From Promethearchaeota archaeon (GTDB lineage Archaea > Asgardarchaeota > Lokiarchaeia > Sigyniarchaeales > SOKP01): DNA of 32,000 nucleotides. The position numbers were made by a program, and so were the translations under genes. Shown here piece by piece: positions 8,941 through 17,315 of this stretch. How positions within the stretch are numbered: the first letter of the stretch is position 1; the number at the start of each line of letters is the position of its first letter. The stretch is taken from positions 224,161 through 256,160 of the forward strand of contig JAUWGH010000007.1 of assembly GCA_030606485.1 (NCBI GenBank). The letters run 5' to 3'. The notes beneath the pieces are model-generated. The model was not told where the DNA came from, did not search any database, and worked only from the letters and a program-made list of their open reading frames with translations.

Positions 8941-8941
8941 T

Positions 8942-9832
8942 CTAGGGGGTGGATGGATGTGATTTTTGCTTAACCATTTCTTGTACTCGTGCGTAAGGAT
9001 GTAGATATCTTCCTTTCTCTTCAGTAAAGGATTTCATGTAGAATTTCGAGTATACTTGAATCGCTTGGGTAGGACAATAATTCAAGCAGGCATAACACAT
9101 ATAACATTCAATATTGCGCTGCCATGAAGGTGTATCATTCACTATGGTAATTTTCTTAGAAAGACATACTTTCTCACAGGTTCCACACCCGGTACATTTT
9201 GAATCAGCGTAAAAGTATTTTCTTACTTTCGTAGCTACGTGATGGACTGCAAAAGGAATAAGTCGTTCTAAAATATAGTTCAGTGGGCGAAAGCGAGAAA
9301 ACGTGACTCCGCTAACGTCGTCTTGATATAGTTCTCGATTAATTATCGTTTTTTGAATCAAATTTAGTTTTTGCTGCACGTTCCTTTCAATTTCTTTTAA
9401 TTCCTCGCTTTTCGGGACGATAAAGGATTTCAATTTGGGGTCATTCATATACATATTGATAATGAAGCTTGCGTGTATTTCTTTTTCTTGTTTTTTAAGA
9501 ATATTATTGATGGTCATAAATCCGCGAAAAATGGTTCCTCCACGGGTTGCAATTGCAAAAAGATACTCGGAAGCTGTCAAGTCGAGTTTCCTCAAGAACT
9601 TTTTTACCGGAATGGGAATGGTTAAACCGTGACAAGGAAAGACGAACCCGATAGTATCTGCGGTGGTTTCTATTTTTTTATCCCTCTCATCCTCCCCCAC
9701 CTTTACCTTTGAACATGCATTTAAAAGCGCCGCAATGGGGACGAGCGTCGAGTCTGGAATCCGTTTTTGTAATTCTCTTGCAACATATAACGAGTTTCCA
9801 GTTCCTGAAAAATAATAGATTTCGGTGGTCAT
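8942..9832 (-). CDS. EFR1-type flavodoxin-ferredoxin fusion (flavodoxin fold plus 2x[4Fe-4S])
   Basis: N-terminal YYFSGTGNS and GFVFP; C-terminal CTGCGTCEKVC and CYMCYACLNYCP. Confidence 0.9.
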   Translation of the reverse strand: MTTEIYYFSGTGNSLYVARELQKRIPDSTLVPIAALLNACSKVKVGEDERDKKIETTADTIGFVFPCHGLTIPIPVKKFLRKLDLTASEYLFAIATRGGTIFRGFMTINNILKKQEKEIHASFIINMYMNDPKLKSFIVPKSEELKEIERNVQQKLNLIQKTIINRELYQDDVSGVTFSRFRPLNYILERLIPFAVHHVATKVRKYFYADSKCTGCGTCEKVCLSKKITIVNDTPSWQRNIECYMCYACLNYCPTQAIQVYSKFYMKSFTEEKGRYLHPYARVQEMVKQKSHPSTP

Positions 9833-9875
9833 GGGAATTAACTTTATTTTCTTATTAATATAAGTCCATTATAAG

Positions 9876-9924
9876 TTACTATTAGTAATACTCTGACTAT
9901 CAGTAATTATATTACTAATAGTAA
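9876..9924. promoter_or_regulatory. Triplet of TTACTAwTAGTAA palindromes with 18-bp periodicity upstream of the EFR1-type gene
   Basis: TTACTATTAGTAA 9876-9888, TGACTATCAGTAA 9894-9906, TTACTAATAGTAA 9912-9924. Confidence 0.75.
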
Positions 9925-9998
9925 TATTTGTATATAAATCTTGCGATCATAGAAATAGATGTTAAATTCAAAGTTTAACTTTGAGATATAATACATAG

Positions 9999-10193
9999 AT
10001 GGACCATAATACATAGAATAGCATTACTCCACAAACTATTCAGAAAAACATTTTAGATTCTCTTTCTGAAGAACAGGAATTTAAGGAAAGGGAGGTCAAA
10101 AGATTAAAGCAAAATGTTCATGATAAAATCCAAGAATTAGAGAAAGAAGGAGATATTGAAGTTGTAATTCAATATCTTGAGGATAAAATGTAG
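9999..10193 (+). pseudogene. Remnant ORF: ATG at 9999, TAG at codon 6, then 58 open codons
   Basis: Reads MDHNT*NSITPQTIQKNILDSLSEEQEFKEREVKRLKQNVHDKIQELEKEGDIEVVIQYLEDKM*, a protein-like charged helical composition. Confidence 0.4.
10165..10191 (+). repeat. 27-bp direct repeat, right copy
   Basis: 25/27 identity with 6336-6362. Confidence 0.75.
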
Positions 10194-10306
10194 CATTTAA
10201 AAAAATTTGGCTTTAATAATTATAAAAACTAGAAATATTAATGATTATATCTCAGTGTATAGCATTGAGAAAAAAATGAAAAATTAACTGTAAAAGAAAG
10301 AATATT

Positions 10307-11209
10307 ATGTTAACTGGAATTCATTTTCTTCTAACATATGCCTGTAATTTTGAATGTAATCACTGCTTTTTATATTGTTCACCGGTTTCAGAGGGAACTT
10401 TCAACCTTAAGCAAATAAGGAACGTTCTTGATGAGGCAACCAAAATTGAAACGATAGAATGGATTTATTTTGAAGGTGGGGAACCATTTCTTTACTATCC
10501 GCTGATGCTTGAGGGGATAAAAATTGCACGTAATAAAGGATTTAAGGTTGGAATAGTAACTAATTCGTATTGGGCAACGGCTATTGAAGATGCATCACTT
10601 TGGCTTAAGCCAATTCGAGATCTTGAAGTTTCGGATTTCAGCGTTAGTGATGATTTATATCATTTCGAAGATGAAAAAGAAAATCTCGCTAAAATAGCTT
10701 TCACGGCTGGGAAAAAACTGAATTTACCTATGAGTTCGATAACTATTGAGGAACCTACAGTTGAAGTTGAAATAACTAAGGAACAAGAAAAAGGAGCACC
10801 AGTTATCGGTGGAGGTGTTATGTTTAGGGGAAGGGCTGTCGAAAAGTTAATTGAAGGATTACCTCTAAGATGGTGGGAAGAATTTAACCAATGTCCATAT
10901 GAAGATTTGAGAGATCCTGGGAGAATTCACGTTGATTCATTTGGAAACGTCCATCTATGCCAAGGTTTGAGTTTAGGTAATATGTGGGAAATACCATTAT
11001 CAAAGTTGATTAAGAATTATGATGCGGATTCGCATCCAATCTGCGGACCTTTAATTAGAGGAGGTCCTGCCCAATTAGTTAAGGAATATGATATTAAACA
11101 TGAAGATAAATATGTTGATGAATGTCATTTATGTTATCTTGCTCGCTTAGCGTTAATAGATAAGTTCCCTAGGTATCTTACACCAAGACAGGTATACGGA
11201 TTAGAATAG
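10307..11209 (+). CDS. Radical SAM protein of unknown function
   Basis: CNFECNHC (CX3CX2C) near the N-terminus, FEGGEPFL, IVTN; additional C-terminal cysteines (QCP, LCQG, ICGP, CHLC). Confidence 0.92.
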   Translation: MLTGIHFLLTYACNFECNHCFLYCSPVSEGTFNLKQIRNVLDEATKIETIEWIYFEGGEPFLYYPLMLEGIKIARNKGFKVGIVTNSYWATAIEDASLWLKPIRDLEVSDFSVSDDLYHFEDEKENLAKIAFTAGKKLNLPMSSITIEEPTVEVEITKEQEKGAPVIGGGVMFRGRAVEKLIEGLPLRWWEEFNQCPYEDLRDPGRIHVDSFGNVHLCQGLSLGNMWEIPLSKLIKNYDADSHPICGPLIRGGPAQLVKEYDIKHEDKYVDECHLCYLARLALIDKFPRYLTPRQVYGLE

Positions 11210-11258
11210 GAATTAAATTATAATAAGAGAAAGAGACCTAGTATTTAATATTAAAAGC

Positions 11259-12395
11259 TTAGCGAGTAATCATCAACTGCTCTAATTCTTCCCTCATTTT
11301 TTTAATTTTAGGTTTCTCAAAATGCTCTCGAGCTGGACTCAAAATATCAATTATCTTATTTGCAATGCCATTTTTTAGGTCGAGTGGATGAATTTTTTTG
11401 TCTAAAAATGCATCATCCAATTCTTGGTAGGAAAAAAATTCTATATCGCCACCATATTGCGCAGACCTCTCGATCAGAAAATGAGAGTCTTTTTCTCTGA
11501 AGATAATTGATTTTGCCCAATCTAAAATTGGATTAAATGTTATATTCCCTTCAGGACAGAATGCAGAATTTATTTTATCTTTTATTTCTTGAGGGTTATC
11601 ATGAATGAAGACAGCTGATTTTGGAATTGATTTGCTCATTTTCATTTTAGCCCATAATTCTTGCAGTTGAGATTCATCTGATATTGGCCATATTGGTGGT
11701 TTTTGTAAGCCTAAGATTAAATGATGATGGACGCAAATAGGCTTAATTTTTTTGCCTGTTGTGTTAACTAGGTTATTCTTCTTCATTTTCATTGCAACAT
11801 CTCGAGCAATCACATGAGCTTTTCTTTGGTCATAACCGGCATGCGCAAAATTAATATTTTGGATAAAGATATCCGCAACTTGCATAGCTGGGTATAATAA
11901 TTTTGCGAAATCGATATTTTCTCCCATTTTCCTCCCCATTATTGTAATACTCCTTTGCATTCTGTTTAATGTGGTATTTTTACAAACATCAATGACTGTC
12001 TCCCAATAATTATCGTTGTAATGATATAACTCTGTGCCAAGTGTAAAATTAACCTTATCTGGGTCAGCCCCAACGCACAGTAAGCTTGCCTTTAACCCTT
12101 CTTTAAAATATCCAACTGCAACTTCCTTAATTTTTTCCATATTCCCGCTTAATTTGTCGTTGATATAGCTGTGCCAATCAGCTAGGAAAATTGAGCATTT
12201 TATTCCAGCATCTAAAAAATCTTTAATTTTACCCATACAGATAATCCCAGTCCCTAAATGAATCTTTCCCGAAACCTCAAAGCCAATATAATGATTTAGG
12301 GGGATCCCTGTCTCAAGATAAAGTTTTAAATCGTCATCAGTAAGTACTTCTTCAGTCCCTCTTTTAATTAAGTTAAATTTTTCTTTAACGTCCAT
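11259..12395 (-). CDS. tyrS: Tyrosine--tRNA ligase, archaeal type
   Basis: YIGFEVSGKIHLG (HIGH), FLADWH, YPAMQVADI, G.DQRKAH, KMSKS, AFCP. Confidence 0.96.
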   Translation of the reverse strand: MDVKEKFNLIKRGTEEVLTDDDLKLYLETGIPLNHYIGFEVSGKIHLGTGIICMGKIKDFLDAGIKCSIFLADWHSYINDKLSGNMEKIKEVAVGYFKEGLKASLLCVGADPDKVNFTLGTELYHYNDNYWETVIDVCKNTTLNRMQRSITIMGRKMGENIDFAKLLYPAMQVADIFIQNINFAHAGYDQRKAHVIARDVAMKMKKNNLVNTTGKKIKPICVHHHLILGLQKPPIWPISDESQLQELWAKMKMSKSIPKSAVFIHDNPQEIKDKINSAFCPEGNITFNPILDWAKSIIFREKDSHFLIERSAQYGGDIEFFSYQELDDAFLDKKIHPLDLKNGIANKIIDILSPAREHFEKPKIKKMREELEQLMITR

Positions 12396-12599
12396 ATTAG
12401 GAAATAAAAATCCCCTCTTTAATTATTTTATTAATAACATGGGTTATCTAAAACAACGGAAATAACAATATTTCAATCTAAATTAAATTTTAATAATCCA
12501 ATCCATAAAAAAAATTAAATTGTTAATAAATAAAAATTATTTAAATATCTGAATTCAATTATATAAAGTGATTAAAAATTAAAATCAAGTGAATAAAAT

Positions 12600-13307
12600 A
12601 TGAGTGTAAAATCATTTTTCGAAAATCTTTGCTTGTTTGTGGGTGGAACTGTTTTAATCTTAGGAAATATATATCGCGATTTTTTCTTTATCACTATAGG
12701 TTCATTAATGGGAGTGGTGTCTCTTGTTCTAGCAATATTGATAACAATTGAAAAGAAAGATGAGGAGACTCTCAATGAAAAGATATATTATAATGCTCTC
12801 AATTATCTCTATATCGTTGGAATAATTTTAACTATTGGATTCCCTATTACAGATCCTACAGTACAACGACTCTTATTTGATGTCGCATTGACTATTGCTA
12901 CATTTATGATTCTTATTTTTATATGGAATATTTTATATTTCAAATATAACTTTATGAAAATTGATATAGCAGACACAGATTTTCGAGATCCAACTAAAAA
13001 AATACTACTTCCTAGATTCCTTCTTGTATCATTAATCTTAGGCTTTATACTCGGAGGTATCAATTTCGTTATTAAATTTTTATATAGTTCTATTTTTGTT
13101 ATTACTGGTTCAAGCGACATAGCTTTCATGATATCAAGTTATATTTTACTTATAGTAGTGGCAGTATTTGTTTTAATACTAATCTTTTATCAAAATTTCC
13201 AGAAAATGGGCGTAAAATTTAAAGAGATTAAAAAGGAAAAACCCAAGAAACCTACAAAGAAAAAGCAAGAAATCAAAAAAGAAACACCTCCTGCTCCAGA
13301 AAAATAA
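12600..13307 (+). CDS. Hypothetical multi-pass membrane protein (about 6 TM) with Lys/Pro-rich C-terminal tail
   Basis: 235-aa ORF with alternating hydrophobic segments; fits cleanly between neighbouring genes. Confidence 0.8.
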   Translation: MSVKSFFENLCLFVGGTVLILGNIYRDFFFITIGSLMGVVSLVLAILITIEKKDEETLNEKIYYNALNYLYIVGIILTIGFPITDPTVQRLLFDVALTIATFMILIFIWNILYFKYNFMKIDIADTDFRDPTKKILLPRFLLVSLILGFILGGINFVIKFLYSSIFVITGSSDIAFMISSYILLIVVAVFVLILIFYQNFQKMGVKFKEIKKEKPKKPTKKKQEIKKETPPAPEK

Positions 13308-13367
13308 AAATTATAAAAAAAATAAAATTAGAAGAAAATCCAAGTTATTTTTTATTTTTTATTTATC

Positions 13368-13988
13368 TTAATTAATTGAAAGAACTTCCTTTATCTCTTC
13401 TAAAATTTTTGTTTCATTTCGAAATTGGATTCCAATCATTCCAATTTGTTCAGCCACTTTCACATTTTTTCTGTTATCATCTATGAAAATGCATTCACTC
13501 GGCTTATAATTAATATGCTCTAATACATGTAAAAATATTTTGGGATCTGGTTTTATCATACCTAGTTCAAAAGAGTAAAAAACTTGGTTAAAATAATCTC
13601 GGAAATCAATTATATTTTTTGCAAGAAATTCTACATGCAAGGGGTTGGTATTCGAAAGAGCGAAAACTTTATACATCTTATCTTTTTTCAATTTTTTAAT
13701 AAAATCAAGAAGCTTATAGTTCAGTGAATCGAAAATGCTATTGAACATATTAAAAAATTCTTCTTTACCTACATCTTGAAATTGAAATCTTTTTTTCGCT
13801 TCTTGATAAAATTCTTCTTTAGAAAATAAGCCTTTATCCAATTTTTCGATTGGTTCCCATAGATCTTTATAAATATTAATCTGTTTATTGTCTGATTTTG
13901 GTAATATTTTTTTGTAAAATTTTCTCATATTGAGATTAACAATAACGTTGCCAAGATCAAAAATTAAAGCCTTGATGGTGTTGGTCAT
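13368..13988 (-). CDS. HAD-superfamily hydrolase (YihX-like, subfamily IA)
   Basis: IFDLGNVI (motif I), LSNT (II), KPD (III), FIDD (IV). Confidence 0.92.
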   Translation of the reverse strand: MTNTIKALIFDLGNVIVNLNMRKFYKKILPKSDNKQINIYKDLWEPIEKLDKGLFSKEEFYQEAKKRFQFQDVGKEEFFNMFNSIFDSLNYKLLDFIKKLKKDKMYKVFALSNTNPLHVEFLAKNIIDFRDYFNQVFYSFELGMIKPDPKIFLHVLEHINYKPSECIFIDDNRKNVKVAEQIGMIGIQFRNETKILEEIKEVLSIN

Positions 13989-14090
13989 ATTTAAATAAAG
14001 TAAAGAATGAAAGGATTAAAATATTCTTTTTAAAACAATGTAGTAAAAAAATCTTGCCTTTATGTCTTAGAAGAACAGCGATAAATAAAA

Positions 14091-14603
14091 TTAAGCGCGT
14101 ATGATTACCTTTACTAAACCTTTTTTACGTAATTTTTCCATCATTTCTTCAATTTCTTCCACAGACTTTTCTGCAATCGCGGCAACCTGTTCTAACGAAT
14201 TATTTCCATCACAAATCTTTAAAACTTTATATTCTTCTTGAGTGAGCATTCCAAATTGTATTGAAATCTCTGAAACTTCTTTAACAACTATTGGAATTCG
14301 AGCACCTACACCACCATAGGCTTCAGTAGCTGGAGCTTCACCAAAGAATGCCTTGGCACCTGTGATCTCATATTTATCATTTATATAAATGTGGATATTA
14401 TGTTCTTCCCCAGATCTATCATCTGGATTATCGGGATCCGGTTTTGAATGGCTATGTCGATAGCGCTTCGTATAAATTCCAGTTTGAAGACCATTGTGAA
14501 TTTCTTCTTTATCAATCTTCAAAGGGACCATTTCTTGGCATATATCACACCAGACCCAGGCCTCTATCAATTTAAAATATTTTTTTACTTTATTTATAGG
14601 CAT
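14091..14603 (-). CDS. Putative Zn-binding domain plus C-terminal winged helix-turn-helix protein
   Basis: CDIC...HSH...EH in the N-terminal half; C-terminal LT..EYKVL..CDG..SLEQVAAIAEKSVEEIEEMMEKLRKKGLV winged-helix pattern. Confidence 0.75.
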   Translation of the reverse strand: MPINKVKKYFKLIEAWVWCDICQEMVPLKIDKEEIHNGLQTGIYTKRYRHSHSKPDPDNPDDRSGEEHNIHIYINDKYEITGAKAFFGEAPATEAYGGVGARIPIVVKEVSEISIQFGMLTQEEYKVLKICDGNNSLEQVAAIAEKSVEEIEEMMEKLRKKGLVKVIIRA

Positions 14604-14917
14604 AATTAAACCAATATATCATATAAATTAAATAAATATTACTACATTTTTAGAGCACAGATATTATATTAAAAATAGTTTCTTTAGAATTTAAATATTA
14701 AATCCTATATTTCATCTCTTCACTAAAACCAAATAATTTAATAAAATTGAAAAAAACAATAACAAAAACAGATTTAATAAACTACCTTAAATGGAAATCA
14801 TCCAAATTATATTTAAAATTAATTTTATCTCCTATTTTTCAATTTTTTTAAATGATTTAAGTATTTAGATTCAAAAAAATAAAATATTAAAGTTATAGAT
14901 AATTTTTTTAAATGATT

Positions 14918-15079
14918 ATGGAACAATGTTCTTGTTGTGGTCGAAAAATTACTCCTTTCGAAAACAGTGTTCACTTCCCATGTCCAAATTGTGGAGACGT
15001 AACAATTTGGCGTTGTGAGAAATGTAGAGTAGCGGGTAACAGTTATACTTGTATTAAGTGTGATTTTCTGGGCCCATAA
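14918..15079 (+). CDS. Zn-ribbon microprotein (DUF1610 / HVO_2753-like), missed by the ORF track
   Basis: MEQCSCCGRKITPFENSVHFPCPNCGDVTIWRCEKCRVAGNSYTCIKCDFLGP has four CxxC knuckles and the canonical position upstream of archaeal EF-1beta. Alternative in-frame ATG at 14912. Confidence 0.9.
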   Translation: MEQCSCCGRKITPFENSVHFPCPNCGDVTIWRCEKCRVAGNSYTCIKCDFLGP

Positions 15080-15114
15080 TTAACTATAAAGAATTTTTAG
15101 AAGGTTATTAGGAA

Positions 15115-15384
15115 ATGGGAAAATATTATGTTGGTTTGGTTGAAATTATTCCAGAAGGTATTGATGCTGATTTTAATGGTATCGTGGAAGAATTAAAAAA
15201 AAGGCTTCCAGAAGGTGCTTCACTTGTAAAATATGAACAAATCCCAATCGCTTATGGATTAGAAAAATTGAGAGTGCAGGTAAAATTTCCAGTAGAAATG
15301 GGTTCAGCCGACTCAATTGAAGAATCTTGGGTTCAAATTGAAGGAATTCAACGTGTAGAAACTATTTTGATTTCAAAGGCGTGA
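15115..15384 (+). CDS. ef1b: Translation elongation factor 1-beta (archaeal)
   Basis: 89 aa; IIPEG..., PIAYGLEKL, D.IEE....IEGIQRVE pattern; synteny with the Zn-ribbon gene. Confidence 0.92.
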   Translation: MGKYYVGLVEIIPEGIDADFNGIVEELKKRLPEGASLVKYEQIPIAYGLEKLRVQVKFPVEMGSADSIEESWVQIEGIQRVETILISKA

Positions 15385-15419
15385 AAGTTAAACGTTCTCT
15401 ACAAACACTTTTTTTATAT

Positions 15420-17303
15420 TTAAACTATTCTCTTAAACATTTTATCAATATCTCTAAAACTGATTACTCTATACGTGGGCCTTCCATGTGCGCAATGATA
15501 TGGATCTTTGCATTTTGATAAATCTAATACCAATTTTCTTATATCCTTTAATGTTAGATAATCCCCTCCCCGAATACTTTTATGACATGCAAGATAATTG
15601 ATAATCTCCTCCTCAGAATCGGAAAAACTCTGTTGCTTACCAATGTTTGCGATTTCTTCTATCATGTCTTTAAGCACATCTAATTTAGGGAGCTTTCCAA
15701 AAATTGCTGGTATCGCCCTTAAAATAAAAGTGGCCCCCCCGAAATCCTCTAATTCAAATCCAAACTTATTAATCTCACTTAAGTGTTCTTTCAAAAAAAA
15801 ACGTTCAGCTGGAGAGATATTAATTTTTAAGGGATAAATTAATTGCTGTTTTTGAACTTTCGAACCTCTATATTGACTTAAAAATCGCTCTTTCATGATT
15901 CTTTCTGAAGCTGCATGTTGATCAATAATTAATATCGTTGGATTACCATCCTCATCATTACTTTCAAATAGTATATAAACATTATTACTTAATTGTCCTG
16001 TTCTGGAAATAGGACGCATTTTAGGTAAGGTATCAGTAATAATATATTGCTCGCGTGATAATGATTCTGTTATGGCATTTTCAAATTTTTTATCAAGGAT
16101 ATCCTCGGTTATTAGTTTAGTTTGTATCATTTCCTTCGATTTTACTGAGTCGATAAGGCTTGAATTAGCGGGAATATTTGATGCTTTTTCTTTTGCAATT
16201 AATGATACATCTACACGAGAAGTAATATCCATAAATTCAGATAGAATTTCCTCTTTCTCTTCTTCAATAAATGTTTCCAACGGTTTTGTGATTATTTCCT
16301 CCTTTTTTGGTAAGAATAATTCTTCTAGGTGTCTTCTCAATGCATTTTCTATAAAAGGGAATAAGACTTTTTCATTATTAAATCGAACAGTCATCTTTTG
16401 TGGATGGATATTAAAGTCTACATTCGCAGGATTTATATCCAAATTTAAAATAAAGAAAGGAAACCTCCCAACCATTAAGAAACCTTTATACGCATCCTTA
16501 ATTACTTCAAAAAATTTATCAGATATAACATATCTCTTATTAAGAAATAAACTGGAACTAGTTCTTTTTTTTTTCGAAATTTCTGGGTCACCTAGCAAGC
16601 CAGACAATGCAAATAGCCCATCGGGATGGATATAATCGATTGGATACATTTTTTTAGCAATTTCTTTTCCATATATATGGAAAACCATATCTTTTAAATC
16701 ATCTGAAGGTGGACAATTAAGAATATCTAAATCGTTGTGTTGATAGATAAAATGAATTTGAGGATAACCTAAGGCATATCTAGTGATTATATCGGTAATA
16801 TGACCAAGTTCCACCCTGTTTGTTTTTAAAAATTTTTGTCTCGCGGGAATATTATAGAATAGATTTTTAACTTTTATATTCGTTCCGACAGGAGCTGAAA
16901 TTTCCTTTTTTTCAATAACCCCTCCGCCATGAATTACGATGGTCGAACCTAAATCATCGTTTTTAGTGCGTGTTATTAATTCTACTTGTGAAACTACCGC
17001 GATACTACTAAGAGCTTCTCCCCGAAATCCTAATGTTGTTAGAGTATCTAAATCTTCAAATTTTTCTATTTTTCCGCTTGTATAACGATCAAAAGCGATT
17101 TCTACATCCTCTTTTTCAATACCGTAGCCATCATCAATTACTTGAATCAAACTTTTTCCTGCATTTTTAATTATAATCTTGATGTTCTTTGCCCCTGCAT
17201 CAATCGAATTTTCCACCAATTCTTTAACAACTGAAGCAGGCCGTTCAACAACTTCTCCGGCTGCTATTTTTTCGAAATCTTTTATTTTTTTTATTCGCTG
17301 CAT
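15420..17303 (-). CDS. mutL: DNA mismatch repair endonuclease MutL
   Basis: IAAGEVVERPASVVKELVENSIDAGA, DDGYGI, TLGFRGEALSSI, GT; C-terminal DQHAASERIMKE, ACH and CAHGRP endonuclease motifs. Confidence 0.97.
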   Translation of the reverse strand: MQRIKKIKDFEKIAAGEVVERPASVVKELVENSIDAGAKNIKIIIKNAGKSLIQVIDDGYGIEKEDVEIAFDRYTSGKIEKFEDLDTLTTLGFRGEALSSIAVVSQVELITRTKNDDLGSTIVIHGGGVIEKKEISAPVGTNIKVKNLFYNIPARQKFLKTNRVELGHITDIITRYALGYPQIHFIYQHNDLDILNCPPSDDLKDMVFHIYGKEIAKKMYPIDYIHPDGLFALSGLLGDPEISKKKRTSSSLFLNKRYVISDKFFEVIKDAYKGFLMVGRFPFFILNLDINPANVDFNIHPQKMTVRFNNEKVLFPFIENALRRHLEELFLPKKEEIITKPLETFIEEEKEEILSEFMDITSRVDVSLIAKEKASNIPANSSLIDSVKSKEMIQTKLITEDILDKKFENAITESLSREQYIITDTLPKMRPISRTGQLSNNVYILFESNDEDGNPTILIIDQHAASERIMKERFLSQYRGSKVQKQQLIYPLKINISPAERFFLKEHLSEINKFGFELEDFGGATFILRAIPAIFGKLPKLDVLKDMIEEIANIGKQQSFSDSEEEIINYLACHKSIRGGDYLTLKDIRKLVLDLSKCKDPYHCAHGRPTYRVISFRDIDKMFKRIV

Positions 17304-17315
17304 ATAATATCAGCT

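Noticed and set aside
9876-9924. Mini-CRISPR interpretation of the phased repeats
   Set aside because: 13-bp palindromes with 5-bp spacers are far too short, and no cas genes are present.
10014-10016. TAG as pyrrolysine
   Set aside because: The codon is part of a duplicated 12-mer scar and no pyl genes are in the window.
6827-10017. Recurring 18-bp period (coding duplication, operator spacing, 12-mer repeat)
   Set aside because: The three sequences are unrelated and no mechanism links them; treated as coincidence.
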